Counted from the first letter of the stretch, positions 9,966 to 19,483 are shown. The stretch is DNA of 64,000 nucleotides from Methanobacteriaceae archaeon (GCA_963602355.1 CAVCIU010000002.1:28223-92222), one strand, 5' to 3'. Numbers and translations are program-made. Notes: generated by a model from the sequence alone, not told the origin.

Positions 9966-10646
9966 ATGAGCTTATTTGAATTTAGAAAAGAAAACAGAAG
10001 ATTATTTTTAAAAATTTTCGGAATAAAGATGAATTTTGTATTACCTTTTGGCGGGAATAACCGAATTATAATCGTCGACAAAAAAGGTAAAGAACACAGA
10101 GTACCATTCATCTGGGGTATAAAAACACATTTTCACGGGGCGAATGCTGTACTAAAAGTTTACAGTCCTATGCCACGATTTGTAAATTGTGATTTTACTT
10201 TTGATGATGAATCAGTAATCGAAATCGGTTCTTCTGATGACTACATTAGAAAAATGAAAGTTATGACAGAAGCTAAAGGTTCTAAACTAATAATTGGCAA
10301 AAACTTTGGATTAAATGATGGATTTTTCCTATTCCATAAAAAAGAAAATAACAAAATTGAAATAGGAAATGACACAAAGGCAAGATTTTTAACAGTTAGA
10401 ACTTGTGATGGACATATAATTAGAGACTTAGAAACAAACGAAATCATAAACCCAGACGGAGATATAAAAATAGGTAACAATGTTTGGATAACAGGCTTTA
10501 ACACTATACTTAAAAATGTAGTTATCCCAGATTATACAATAATTGCAAACAACGCGGTTGTAACAAAAGCCTTTGAAGAGCCATACACAGTAATAGGTGG
10601 CTTACCTGCAAAAGTCGTTAAGCGCGGAGTTAAATGGGAATTTTAA
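9966..10646 (+). CDS. left-handed beta-helix (hexapeptide) acetyltransferase
   Basis: C-terminal hexapeptide repeats IGNNVWITGFNTILKNVVIPDYTIIANNAVV..IGGLPAKVVK. Start uncertain (ATG 10029 is also possible). Confidence 0.7.
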   Translation: MSLFEFRKENRRLFLKIFGIKMNFVLPFGGNNRIIIVDKKGKEHRVPFIWGIKTHFHGANAVLKVYSPMPRFVNCDFTFDDESVIEIGSSDDYIRKMKVMTEAKGSKLIIGKNFGLNDGFFLFHKKENNKIEIGNDTKARFLTVRTCDGHIIRDLETNEIINPDGDIKIGNNVWITGFNTILKNVVIPDYTIIANNAVVTKAFEEPYTVIGGLPAKVVKRGVKWEF

Positions 10647-10696
10647 AAAAATTGTGATAACATAAAATATATAAATATAACTCAAGGAGAAATTTA

Positions 10697-11785
10697 ATGA
10701 AAAAAGCTTTAATAACAGGTATAACAGGTCAAGACGGTTCATATTTAGCAGAACTTCTTTTAGATAAAGGTTATGAAGTTCACGGTATCAAAAGACGTGC
10801 TTCATCATTCAATACTTCAAGAATTGACCATCTATACCAAGATATTCACAATAAAGATGCTAGATTAATCTTGCATTACGGCGATTTGTCAGATTCTTCA
10901 AACTTAACAAAATTAGTTCACGACATTGAACCTGATGAAATCTACAATTTAGCAGCACAATCACACGTAAAAGTATCTTGGGATTGCCCAGAATACACAG
11001 CTGATTGTGATGCTTTAGGCACTTTAAGACTTTTAGAAGCAATTAGAATGAATAAACTTGAAAACAAAACAAAATTCTATCAAGCTTCAACATCAGAATT
11101 ATTCGGTTTAATCCAAGAACCAATTCAAAAAGAAACAACACCATTCTATCCTCGTTCACCATATGCAGTTGCAAAACTTTATGCTTACTGGATTTGCGTA
11201 AACTACAGAGAAAGTTTTGGTATTTTTGCTTCAAACGGTATCTTGTTTAACCACGAATCACCAAGAAGAGGTGAAACATTTGTAACTCGTAAGATTACAA
11301 TGGCAGCAACAAAAATCAAAGTAGGTTTACAAGATAAATTATACTTAGGTAATCTTGATTCTAAAAGAGACTGGGGTCATGCAAAAGATTACGTAGAAGG
11401 TATGTGGAGAATTTTACAACAAGACCACCCAGACAATTACGTGCTTGCAACAGGTGTAACAACTTCAATCAGAGATTTCTGCCGTATGGCATTTGCAAGA
11501 CTTGGTATCGAACTTGAATTCGTAGGTACAGGTGTTGACGAAAAAGGTATCGACAAAGCAACTGGTAAAACACTTATTGAAGTTGACCCACGTTACTTTA
11601 GACCTGCAGAAGTTGATTTACTTTTAGGCGACAGCACAAAAGCGAGAAACGAATTAGGCTGGAAACCAACTTATGATTTACAAGCACTTGTAAACGAAAT
11701 GGTTGATTCAGACTTAGAATTGGCTAAAAAAGAAAAGACTTTAAGAGAACACGGATACCAAATCCTTGTTCCACAAGAAGTGTAA
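10697..11785 (+). CDS. gmd: GDP-mannose 4,6-dehydratase
   Basis: [46 protein letters not shown]: canonical Gmd blocks. Confidence 0.95.
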   Translation: MKKALITGITGQDGSYLAELLLDKGYEVHGIKRRASSFNTSRIDHLYQDIHNKDARLILHYGDLSDSSNLTKLVHDIEPDEIYNLAAQSHVKVSWDCPEYTADCDALGTLRLLEAIRMNKLENKTKFYQASTSELFGLIQEPIQKETTPFYPRSPYAVAKLYAYWICVNYRESFGIFASNGILFNHESPRRGETFVTRKITMAATKIKVGLQDKLYLGNLDSKRDWGHAKDYVEGMWRILQQDHPDNYVLATGVTTSIRDFCRMAFARLGIELEFVGTGVDEKGIDKATGKTLIEVDPRYFRPAEVDLLLGDSTKARNELGWKPTYDLQALVNEMVDSDLELAKKEKTLREHGYQILVPQEV

Positions 11786-11832
11786 AATAGTGAACAGAGA
11801 TTGCACAGGCGGAACAGAACTGAGGCAAAAAG

Positions 11833-12885
11833 ATGATTGAAAAAGATGCAAAAATATTTTTAACAGGACATAGAGGACTTGTTGGTAGCGCTATTTATAG
11901 AAGACTTCAAAAAGAAGGTTTCACAAACATTATCACAAGAACACACTCAGAACTTGATTTATGCAATCAACAAGCTGTAGACGAATTCTTTGCAAAAGAA
12001 AAACCTGAATATGTAATTCTTGCGGCAGCTAAAGTTGGCGGAATTATGGCGAACTCTAAATATCCTGCAGAATTCATTTACCAAAATCTTATGATTGGTA
12101 CAAATATTGTTCATTCATCTTATAAACACGGTGTTAAAAAACTTTTAAATCTTGGCTCATCTTGTATTTATCCAAGAATGGCACCACAACCAATAAAGGA
12201 AGATTGCCTTTTAACATCAGAACTTGAAAAGACAAATGAGGCTTATGCTTTAGCAAAAATTTCTATAATTAAATTATGCAGATATTATAACCAACAATAT
12301 GGCACAAACTTTATTTCTGCAATGCCTACAAACCAATACGGTATTGGCGATAACTTCAATATGGAAACAGCACACTTGTTACCAATGATTTTAAGAAGAT
12401 TTCATTTGGCAAAATTATTGAGAAATAATGATTTTGAAGCTATCAAAAAAGATGTACACAGATACAAATTAGGTTGGGGCTTGGACGAAAAAGTTACTGA
12501 TGATAATTTGGAAGAAATTTTAAATGAACTTGGCGCTTATAGAGACAAGGTTGTACTATGGGGCGACGGCTCTGTTTATCGTGAAATGATGTGTTCAGAC
12601 GATCTTGCCGATGCGTGCGTTTATTTGTTAATGAATAAAGATTATGACGAAGTTGGCGAACTTGTAAACATTACAAAGGGCGATGATATTCAATTAAAAG
12701 ATTTATTTGAAATTGTTAAACGTGTTGTAGGTTTTGAAGGTGAAATTGTTTATGACAAATCAAAACCAAACGGAACACCACGAAAAATGATGGACGCAAC
12801 ACATATCAGAGAACTTGGTTGGGAACCAAAGATTGATTTAGAACAAGGTATCAGAGATTTTTATAATTGGTATATTAGTGAATAG
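11833..12885 (+). CDS. fcl: GDP-L-fucose synthase (GDP-4-keto-6-deoxymannose 3,5-epimerase/4-reductase)
   Basis: IFLTGHRGLVGSAI, AAAKVGGI, GSSCIYP, YALAKI; immediately follows gmd. Confidence 0.93.
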   Translation: MIEKDAKIFLTGHRGLVGSAIYRRLQKEGFTNIITRTHSELDLCNQQAVDEFFAKEKPEYVILAAAKVGGIMANSKYPAEFIYQNLMIGTNIVHSSYKHGVKKLLNLGSSCIYPRMAPQPIKEDCLLTSELEKTNEAYALAKISIIKLCRYYNQQYGTNFISAMPTNQYGIGDNFNMETAHLLPMILRRFHLAKLLRNNDFEAIKKDVHRYKLGWGLDEKVTDDNLEEILNELGAYRDKVVLWGDGSVYREMMCSDDLADACVYLLMNKDYDEVGELVNITKGDDIQLKDLFEIVKRVVGFEGEIVYDKSKPNGTPRKMMDATHIRELGWEPKIDLEQGIRDFYNWYISE

Positions 12886-12889
12886 AATA

Positions 12890-12926
12890 CCCCTCGCCAC
12901 ATTTGCGTTAGCAAATTGGGGAGAGG
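12890..12926. repeat. REP-like imperfect palindrome, copy 1
   Basis: cccctcgCCACATTTGCGTTAgCAAATTgGgGAGagg; the second copy is at 16021-16057. Confidence 0.8.
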
Positions 12927-13050
12927 AGAAATTTTTAGTTGAAAGCTTTGCTTGAAACTTTAAAATTTCGGTGAGGGCTTTGGATTGCTTCGCATTCGCT
13001 CGCAATGACAAATTACTACTCACAATTCACAAACTACTATTTACTACTTG

Positions 13051-13059
13051 TGCTATAAT
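13051..13059 (+). promoter_or_regulatory. extended -10 box TGCTATAAT, 6 nt upstream of ATG 13066
   Basis: Read directly. No SD precedes the ATG, suggesting a leaderless or very short-leader mRNA. Confidence 0.35.
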
Positions 13060-13065
13060 CATCGT

Positions 13066-14442
13066 ATGGAAAAAGTTAAAAAGATTTTACAAAAAATACC
13101 TTATATATTATTGGGATTGATTTTTATTCTTGGAATTTATTTAAGAACAAAAGTTTATTTAACTAATCAATCTTTTTGGCATGATGAATGCGCACTTGCG
13201 TGGAACATATTAAATAAAAATTATTTAGAACTTTTCCAACCAATGCGATTTTTGCAAGTTGCACCACCAATGTTTTTAATTTATACAAAAATAATTATTG
13301 GATATTTTGGCAAATCTGAACTTGTTTTTAGAATTGTACCATTTGTATCAAGCTTGCTTGCAATGGTGATGTTTTATTTTTTGAGTAAGACCTTGCTTTA
13401 TAGTAAAAAGTCTGTACTTTGCGCATCATTGCTTTTTGCAATAAGTTTTCCATTATATTATTACGCAGGAGAATTTAAACCATATAGCACAGATGTTTTA
13501 TTCTGTATATTTACTATATATATATATCAATATTTGAATAAAGAAAATTTGTTTTTGTATTCACTACTGTTGTCAGCTTTCATTTGGTTTTCGTTCCCGA
13601 CAATGTTTTTGATTGGCGCTATTGCATTGCTTATCGGATTTAGCAGAAATTATACAGGAATAGAAAAACTAAAACTGTTTGTACCACTTTCCGTAAGTGG
13701 AGGATTATTTTATTATTACTATTTTCAAAAAGTTTTTAATATGCAAAAAACAGGTATGATGAACTATTGGAATAGTGAGTTTATTAATCTTGATAACTGG
13801 TTAAATATTTTTCAAAATGCAAATAGCTTTATTTTTTCACCAGAATATATTCTTGCAATATTAATGGTTGTCGGTTTGATAATTTATTTTTACCAAAGAA
13901 GTAGATTTGCTTTATTTTCAGTGGTTACATTAGTTTTAGTTATCGTTGCATCGGCATTTCATGTTTATCCATTTTATGAAAGAATGATATTATTTTTAAT
14001 ACCATTTGCTATTTTATTAGCCTCAAAAGCTACTGATATCAGACATTTTACAAGTTATATTTTACTTTCGGTATTTTTGTATGGTGCGTATCCGCAACTT
14101 GAAAACACTTATAAAAACATTGTTAAAAACAATTTTTATAAAAATAATTCTACACCACGAGAAATGGCATTATATTTAAAAACTAATATTAAAAATAATG
14201 ATATTGTATACGTAAATCAAGATTCAAATAGCGATTATTTGTACTATAAACAAATTTACGGAATAAATAATCAAGAAATAATTAATAACCCTAATATGCT
14301 AAAAAAGGGCGAACATGTATGGTTTTTCTTGCCAAATAATGCAAAAGAAACTTTTGAAAAACACGTAAAAGGCAAATATAACATTTACTACCACAACGTA
14401 AAAGCAAATAGTGGCTTGCTTTACGGAATTAAAGTAAAATAG
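13066..14442 (+). CDS. polytopic GT-C type membrane glycosyltransferase (ArnT/PMT_2-like)
   Basis: Many TM helices with a first-loop FWHDECALAWN (DE motif). Preferred start is ATG 13066; the ORF-track TTG 13048 lies inside a TGCTATAAT extended -10 box. Confidence 0.6.
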   Translation: MEKVKKILQKIPYILLGLIFILGIYLRTKVYLTNQSFWHDECALAWNILNKNYLELFQPMRFLQVAPPMFLIYTKIIIGYFGKSELVFRIVPFVSSLLAMVMFYFLSKTLLYSKKSVLCASLLFAISFPLYYYAGEFKPYSTDVLFCIFTIYIYQYLNKENLFLYSLLLSAFIWFSFPTMFLIGAIALLIGFSRNYTGIEKLKLFVPLSVSGGLFYYYYFQKVFNMQKTGMMNYWNSEFINLDNWLNIFQNANSFIFSPEYILAILMVVGLIIYFYQRSRFALFSVVTLVLVIVASAFHVYPFYERMILFLIPFAILLASKATDIRHFTSYILLSVFLYGAYPQLENTYKNIVKNNFYKNNSTPREMALYLKTNIKNNDIVYVNQDSNSDYLYYKQIYGINNQEIINNPNMLKKGEHVWFFLPNNAKETFEKHVKGKYNIYYHNVKANSGLLYGIKVK

Positions 14443-14582
14443 AAATTCAAAAATATCAAAAATTTAATAAAAAATAAAAATCTCCTCCATACGTATGATG
14501 TCATGGTGAAAAATATCCAATATACTAAATCTGTTAATAAAAAAAATATCAGACGTATTATAAAAGGATAGGGAAAGAGGAA

Positions 14583-15791
14583 ATGGCAATTACTGTAAAT
14601 ACCAATATTCCATCATTGGTAGCACAAAAATGTTTAAACAACGCATCAACAAAGATGAACACAGCAATGGAACGTTTGTCTACAGGTTTGAGAATTAACT
14701 CAGCAAAAGATGATGCAGCAGGTTCAGCAGTAGCAACAAAATTGGACTACAAAATCAGTTCATTATCAGTTGCACAAGATAATGCACAAATGGGCACATC
14801 AATGTTACAAACAACAGAAGGTACATTAGATGTTATTCAATCAAATATGCAACGTATCAGAGACTTAACTGAACAAGCAGCCAACGGTACTTACGGTGAA
14901 GATGCTATGACAGCTGTAAAATCAGAAGTAGCAGCTCGTTTAAAGGAAATCACTCGTATGTCAAATACAGCTGAGTTCAACGGCAAAAAAGTATTAGACG
15001 GAAGTTGCGGTGATATTAACCTTCAAGTTGGTATTGAAAGTAACGATGACAGTATCATTAAACTAGATTCAGCAATTTTCTCATCAACTGCAGCAACAAA
15101 ATTGCTTGATATTGATGATACAAATCACGAATATAATTTTAATGTAAAAGCAGATATTTTTAAATATGAAACAAAAGCAGCAGGTGCAGACCCAGTTGCA
15201 GACCCCGCAGAATACAAATATTATGCGAAAGTAAATAACGATTATATTGAAGTTACTCCTGCAGATGATACGGATTTATCAAAAGGTTGCACAATTGAGT
15301 TCCAAGATGCTGATACAAGCAAAAACTACACCGGAGCAACATTTGCAGATGCTGATACGCTTGCAGAGTTAAAAAACCCAGCATCTACAAAAGTAACAAA
15401 AGAAACTGGCATTGAAGTATCAATGGAAGACGGTATTGCACTTGATTCTTCTTCAACAGAAAAAGAAAATGCAGTAATTGATGATATGTTAAGTTGGGTA
15501 TACGCAAGTGATGCTTTTGCTCAAAAATTCTTAGACAATATCGACTCAGCGATTTCAGAAGTTACAGCAAGAAAAACTGAACTTGGTGCAGCAATGCAAA
15601 GAGTCAATTCAGCAGTTGAAGTAGCACAAACAATGCAAACAAACTTAACTGATGCTGTATCATTAATCAAAGATGCTGATATCGCAGAAGAATCATCAAA
15701 TTACGTAAAAAACCAAATCTTACAACAATCAGCTGCAAGCTTGTTAGCAACAGCTAACCAAACTCCGCAAATCGCATTGCAATTGATTTAG
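14583..15791 (+). CDS. fliC: flagellin
   Basis: Conserved N-terminal block (MERLSTGLRINSAKDDAAG) and C-terminal block (LQQSAASLLATANQTPQIALQLI) around a variable centre. Confidence 0.95.
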   Translation: MAITVNTNIPSLVAQKCLNNASTKMNTAMERLSTGLRINSAKDDAAGSAVATKLDYKISSLSVAQDNAQMGTSMLQTTEGTLDVIQSNMQRIRDLTEQAANGTYGEDAMTAVKSEVAARLKEITRMSNTAEFNGKKVLDGSCGDINLQVGIESNDDSIIKLDSAIFSSTAATKLLDIDDTNHEYNFNVKADIFKYETKAAGADPVADPAEYKYYAKVNNDYIEVTPADDTDLSKGCTIEFQDADTSKNYTGATFADADTLAELKNPASTKVTKETGIEVSMEDGIALDSSSTEKENAVIDDMLSWVYASDAFAQKFLDNIDSAISEVTARKTELGAAMQRVNSAVEVAQTMQTNLTDAVSLIKDADIAEESSNYVKNQILQQSAASLLATANQTPQIALQLI

Positions 15792-15890
15792 TCGGATTTT
15801 CGACTCTGCCGAGTAAACGATTGAGTATCGTTTACGAGAGGACAGCCGTGTGAGCCATAAAATATACTCCCGCGACAACCCGAATAATCC
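15791..15890. repeat. GC-rich intergenic repeat module, copy 1
   Basis: Shares cggattttcg, gccgtgtgagcMata and actcccgcgacaacccgaaYaatcc with 19181-19270. Confidence 0.75.
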
Positions 15891-15914
15891 GAAACAAGTA
15901 AAACAAATAATTAA

Positions 15915-15946
15915 CAGAGGCGCTGGGCATAAGCCCAGCGCCTCTG
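15915..15946 (+). terminator. perfect 14-bp GC-rich hairpin downstream of flagellin (probable terminator)
   Basis: cagaggcgctgggc-ataa-gcccagcgcctctg followed by TGTTG. Confidence 0.5.
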
Positions 15947-15981
15947 TGTTGATAATTAAAAATATAAGTGAACACTCACCC

Positions 15982-16011
15982 GTACCCTCTCCCAGTATTG
16001 GGAGAGGGTAC
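15982..16011. repeat. perfect 13-bp hairpin
   Basis: gtaccctctccca-gtat-tgggagagggtac. Confidence 0.8.
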
Positions 16012-16020
16012 AAAAACAAA

Positions 16021-16057
16021 ACCTCACCACATTTGCGTTAACAAATTAGAGAGAAAG
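16021..16057. repeat. REP-like element, copy 2 (degenerate)
   Basis: acctcaCCACATTTGCGTTAaCAAATTaGaGAGaaag. Confidence 0.75.
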
Positions 16058-16103
16058 ATTTTTGCACGAATTTATGAATACCTAAAAAATCGGCTCCCGC
16101 ATT

Positions 16104-16445
16104 TTACCATTTCTTAAAAACAAAAAACACAGCCAAAATCACCAATAAAAATCCGACGATGTAGTTCCATTTCAATCCTTCCTTCAAATATGTTACTGAA
16201 AAGATTGAAAAAACAATCAATGTAATAACTTCTTGCATAGTCTTCAATTGTGCCGCATCATAAACCTGATGTCCAATTCTATTCGCTGGAACTTGGAAAC
16301 AGTATTCAAAAAACGCGATGCCCCAACTTACTAGTATAACTATCCAAAGCACAGTACTCTTATGTTTTAAATGTCCATACCACGCAAATGTCATAAATAC
16401 ATTCGATATTGTTAATAGTATTATTGGTGCGAAAAACTTTATCAT
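16104..16445 (-). CDS. small DMT-superfamily membrane protein (DUF486)
   Basis: 113 aa, four TM helices, N-terminus ILLTISNVFMTFAWYGHLK typical of DUF486. Confidence 0.75.
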   Translation of the reverse strand: MIKFFAPIILLTISNVFMTFAWYGHLKHKSTVLWIVILVSWGIAFFEYCFQVPANRIGHQVYDAAQLKTMQEVITLIVFSIFSVTYLKEGLKWNYIVGFLLVILAVFFVFKKW

Positions 16446-16525
16446 AATACATTTATTGTAGTTAAAACAGGTTTTTATGCAATGTTATTTTAATTATCAT
16501 ATTAAGTAGAACTTAAAAAAACTTA

Positions 16526-16546
16526 ATCTAGTATTGAATACTAGAT
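16526..16546. promoter_or_regulatory. perfect 9-bp inverted repeat, candidate operator upstream of the TolC-like gene
   Basis: atctagtat-tga-atactagat, 50 nt upstream of ATG 16596. Confidence 0.4.
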
Positions 16547-16595
16547 ATGTTTCAAATACACTTGTAATGTTAAAATCGGAAGAGGTAGGAAAAAG

Positions 16596-19022
16596 ATGAA
16601 AAGAATTACAGCACTAGTATTGTTACTAGCAATGGCTATAAGCAATATTAATTTAGCAGTTTTAGCTGCTCCTCAAGGACAAACACTATTAAGTGCATCT
16701 AAAAGCAAACCCGTAACCTACAACAAAAACGCAAGAACTCTAGTTTACGCATTTGTTTTTGACGGTCCTTCAGACAAAAATAATCAAGTAATGGAACAAT
16801 TCAAAAAAGCCATTACTGTATCAACAGCTCCAGAATACAGAGCAAGTTTTCCAAAAGAAAACGTATTTGTAGGTAACTGGACAGAAGCTGGTGCTAAACA
16901 AGCAGCAGCAAAAGCTATGAAATCAAACGCAACAATGGTTGTTTCATTAGGTTGGTTTGTTTCTAATGCTTTAAACTCAACTCCAAACAAAAACAAATTT
17001 GTTTTAACAATTGACCAATACGGTTTAAGAGATTTTGGTGATAATTTCTTCAACCCTGTTCAACAAAATATCAAAGGTGCAAACCTATTCTACAAATTAG
17101 TTCCTTTCAAAAAAGGTGTTGTTCTTATGAACGAAAACTTCTACAGAACTAAAAAAGACTGGAACGCATACTTAAAGAAAAAATTACCAACAATGAATTT
17201 AACAGTTGTACCTGTTAACAATAACGTTGACCCAATTATTGCAAAATTAGACAACTACGATGCAGTAATCGTTACACCATTATTCAACGTTTCAACAGAA
17301 AAAAGAAAAGCATTATACAACGCAATCAATGCTAAAAAAATTCCTTCATATTCAACATTAGGTAAAGAAGACGTTGAAATGGGTATCTTAATGGGTACTG
17401 GTGCTTATGACTTAGACAGAAAAGTTTCAGAAGCAACGTCATTCAATATCAAATCTGTACTTGCTGGTAAAACTCCAAAACCACAAAAAGTACAATTCTA
17501 CGAAGATGAATTATTATACATCAATAAAGACACAGCTGATGATTTAGGATATCAACCACACTTGAGAGTTCTATACACAGCAGAAGTTATTTCTCACAGA
17601 AAACCAAATGTTTTAACTATGTCTGATGTATTCAACAAAGTTGCAGAAAGCAACCTTGATATCGAAAGAAAGAAATTATTAGTTAAAGCAGCAAGAAGAA
17701 GCGCAGTTGCAGCTGCATTGAGATATTTACCAACAGCTCAAGTAACTCTTGGTTACCAATCATACAATGACGGTTATGCAGAAAGTGCTAAATTATTGTA
17801 TCCTAAAGAAACTGGTGTATTCAAAATCGGTATGGAACAAATCATTTATTCACCAGCATTGGTTACAAATATTATCTTGAAAAAGAAAAGCTTAAACTTC
17901 TCTAAACACGAACAATTCTTAACAGAACAAAACATTGGTATTAACGTAGCTATGTTATACATGGACACATTAATCCTTGAAAATAAAATCAAAGTTCAAA
18001 AAGATTATGTAAAAGAATGTCGTGAAGCATTAGCAATGGCAAGAGTAAGAGAAAAAATGGGCTATTGCGGTCAAGAAGAAGCTCTACGTTGGGCAACTGA
18101 ATTAAACAAACACGAACAAGAACTTCTTGATATGGCATCAGCTTTGAGAAACACAAAAGTTCAAATGAGCAAAATCATGTATCAAGATCAATCAAAAGAT
18201 TTTGAACTTGCTCCAATCAAAGCAACTGATAAAACATTCTTTACAAGCGAAATCAATGTAATCAACCACTTAGGTACAGAACAAAACCTAGAAACATTTA
18301 TCAAAATGTTAGTTGATGAATCATACAAAGTTTCTCCAGAGTTAGCTAAATTAAGAACAGCTCAACAAATGAAGAAAACTGAAATGGCTATGTACATTCA
18401 AAAATTCGTACTTCCAGATGCTAAAATGGAATTGACTTATACAACACTTCCTGGTAGACATTATTCAAGTGATTTACCGACTTTAAACTTAATGCCAGGT
18501 GTTATAAAACCAATCCCATTAAGTGATTACTTAGGGCACGCAAACAAAGATAACGTGTACTTCGGTATCTTCGCACAATGGAAACCAATTGAAGGTGGTA
18601 CAAAATTCGCTGAAATCGCAAGAACAAAAGCTGAATTAAACGAACTTCAAAGATACGAAGACGAAGTAAAAACTCAACTTGAAGAAGAAATCAGAATGAT
18701 TGTAAACAGAGCTTTAGCTGGATATTTCAGCATCGACAAAAACTACAAAGCAATGTTTGCAGCACAAGAAAATTACCAAAAAGTTAAAGCTCAATACTTA
18801 GCTGGTAAAATTCCTGTATCACAATTGACTGATTCACAAGCTGTATATCTTGAAGCAAAAGAAAAAGCGATGAACTCTCAATATGTGTTCTTCAAAGAAG
18901 TAGTTTGGGTACAAAGAGGTATCTGTGCAGTTGATTGGGAAAAAGCTCCACAACAAGCACACGAATTTATCAAAAAACTTAGAAGCACATTATCTTATCA
19001 AGAAGATATAACACTTCTATAA
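16596..19022 (+). CDS. outer-membrane efflux (TolC/OEP-like) protein with a large N-terminal periplasmic-binding-protein-like extension
   Basis: Sec signal (LLLAMAISNINLAVLAAP). C-terminal half has OEP-type helical repeats (LTMSDVFNKVAESNLDIERKKL.., YLAGKIPVSQLTDSQ). The N-terminal ~330 aa looks like an alpha/beta SBP fold; that part is uncertain. Confidence 0.6.
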   Translation: MKRITALVLLLAMAISNINLAVLAAPQGQTLLSASKSKPVTYNKNARTLVYAFVFDGPSDKNNQVMEQFKKAITVSTAPEYRASFPKENVFVGNWTEAGAKQAAAKAMKSNATMVVSLGWFVSNALNSTPNKNKFVLTIDQYGLRDFGDNFFNPVQQNIKGANLFYKLVPFKKGVVLMNENFYRTKKDWNAYLKKKLPTMNLTVVPVNNNVDPIIAKLDNYDAVIVTPLFNVSTEKRKALYNAINAKKIPSYSTLGKEDVEMGILMGTGAYDLDRKVSEATSFNIKSVLAGKTPKPQKVQFYEDELLYINKDTADDLGYQPHLRVLYTAEVISHRKPNVLTMSDVFNKVAESNLDIERKKLLVKAARRSAVAAALRYLPTAQVTLGYQSYNDGYAESAKLLYPKETGVFKIGMEQIIYSPALVTNIILKKKSLNFSKHEQFLTEQNIGINVAMLYMDTLILENKIKVQKDYVKECREALAMARVREKMGYCGQEEALRWATELNKHEQELLDMASALRNTKVQMSKIMYQDQSKDFELAPIKATDKTFFTSEINVINHLGTEQNLETFIKMLVDESYKVSPELAKLRTAQQMKKTEMAMYIQKFVLPDAKMELTYTTLPGRHYSSDLPTLNLMPGVIKPIPLSDYLGHANKDNVYFGIFAQWKPIEGGTKFAEIARTKAELNELQRYEDEVKTQLEEEIRMIVNRALAGYFSIDKNYKAMFAAQENYQKVKAQYLAGKIPVSQLTDSQAVYLEAKEKAMNSQYVFFKEVVWVQRGICAVDWEKAPQQAHEFIKKLRSTLSYQEDITLL

Positions 19023-19065
19023 TTACAAAGTAACTTCTTTCATAAATTAGCTTATCGCTAATATA

Positions 19066-19100
19066 AACGGGCGAGGATAAAATCCTCGCCCGTTCTTTTA
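19066..19100 (+). terminator. rho-independent terminator of the TolC-like gene
   Basis: aacgggcgagga-taaaa-tcctcgcccgtt followed by CTTTT. Confidence 0.8.
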
Positions 19101-19113
19101 ATTGTGCAAGCTG

Positions 19114-19160
19114 GTGTTGTTGGTGTTGTCTTTGCGTAGCAAAGACAAGCAGAACAACAC
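19114..19160. repeat. long interrupted hairpin (8 bp + 10 bp)
   Basis: gtgttgttggtgttgtctttgc-gta-gcaaagacaagcagaacaacac. Confidence 0.75.
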
Positions 19161-19180
19161 GACGAAACCGCCGTTGCGTA

Positions 19181-19270
19181 GCGGATTTTCGGTAGGGCGC
19201 CGTGTGAGCATAGCGAACCCAGCCCGTAAGGTGGAGCGGGACGTTACTCCCGCGACAACCCGAACAATCC
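19181..19270. repeat. GC-rich intergenic repeat module, copy 2
   Basis: Same three blocks as 15791-15890, with an extra gcggga-cgttac-tcccgc hairpin inserted. Confidence 0.75.
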
Positions 19271-19382
19271 AAGATAGCGGAGCAATCTTTGATTGCACAG
19301 GCAGAAACTTAATCTAGCATCTACTAACTTTTCACAATTTTTGACACTTGCACACCATAAAAAAATACGTTATAATAAGAGT

Positions 19383-19483
19383 AACAAGTGGCTATTAGCG
19401 AAAGCTAATATTTTACACCACTTAGTTTACAAAACTAGAGCTAGCGCTACGACGGCAATCATAAACGCTAGCTTTTCTTGTTT
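19383..19483 (+). ncRNA. candidate small RNA convergent with and overlapping a small hydrophobic ORF (possible type I antitoxin)
   Basis: TTGCAC-N17-TATAAT (19348-19376). 5' hairpin with GAAA tetraloop (tattagc-GAAA-gctaata). GC stem agctagcg/cgctagct followed by TTTCTTGTTT. Boundaries are approximate. Confidence 0.3.

Noticed and set aside
15744-16041. 91-aa minus-strand and 63-aa plus-strand ORFs downstream of flagellin.
   Set aside because: They are made of the repeat and hairpin modules and overlap the flagellin 3' end. There is no SD.
18979-19317. Three overlapping ORFs (97 aa and 66 aa on the minus strand, 71 aa on the plus strand) in the gap after the TolC-like gene.
   Set aside because: They lie entirely within GC-rich repeat and hairpin modules, overlap one another on both strands, lack SDs and encode Arg/Pro/Cys-rich low-complexity strings. 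They are artefacts of local GC richness.
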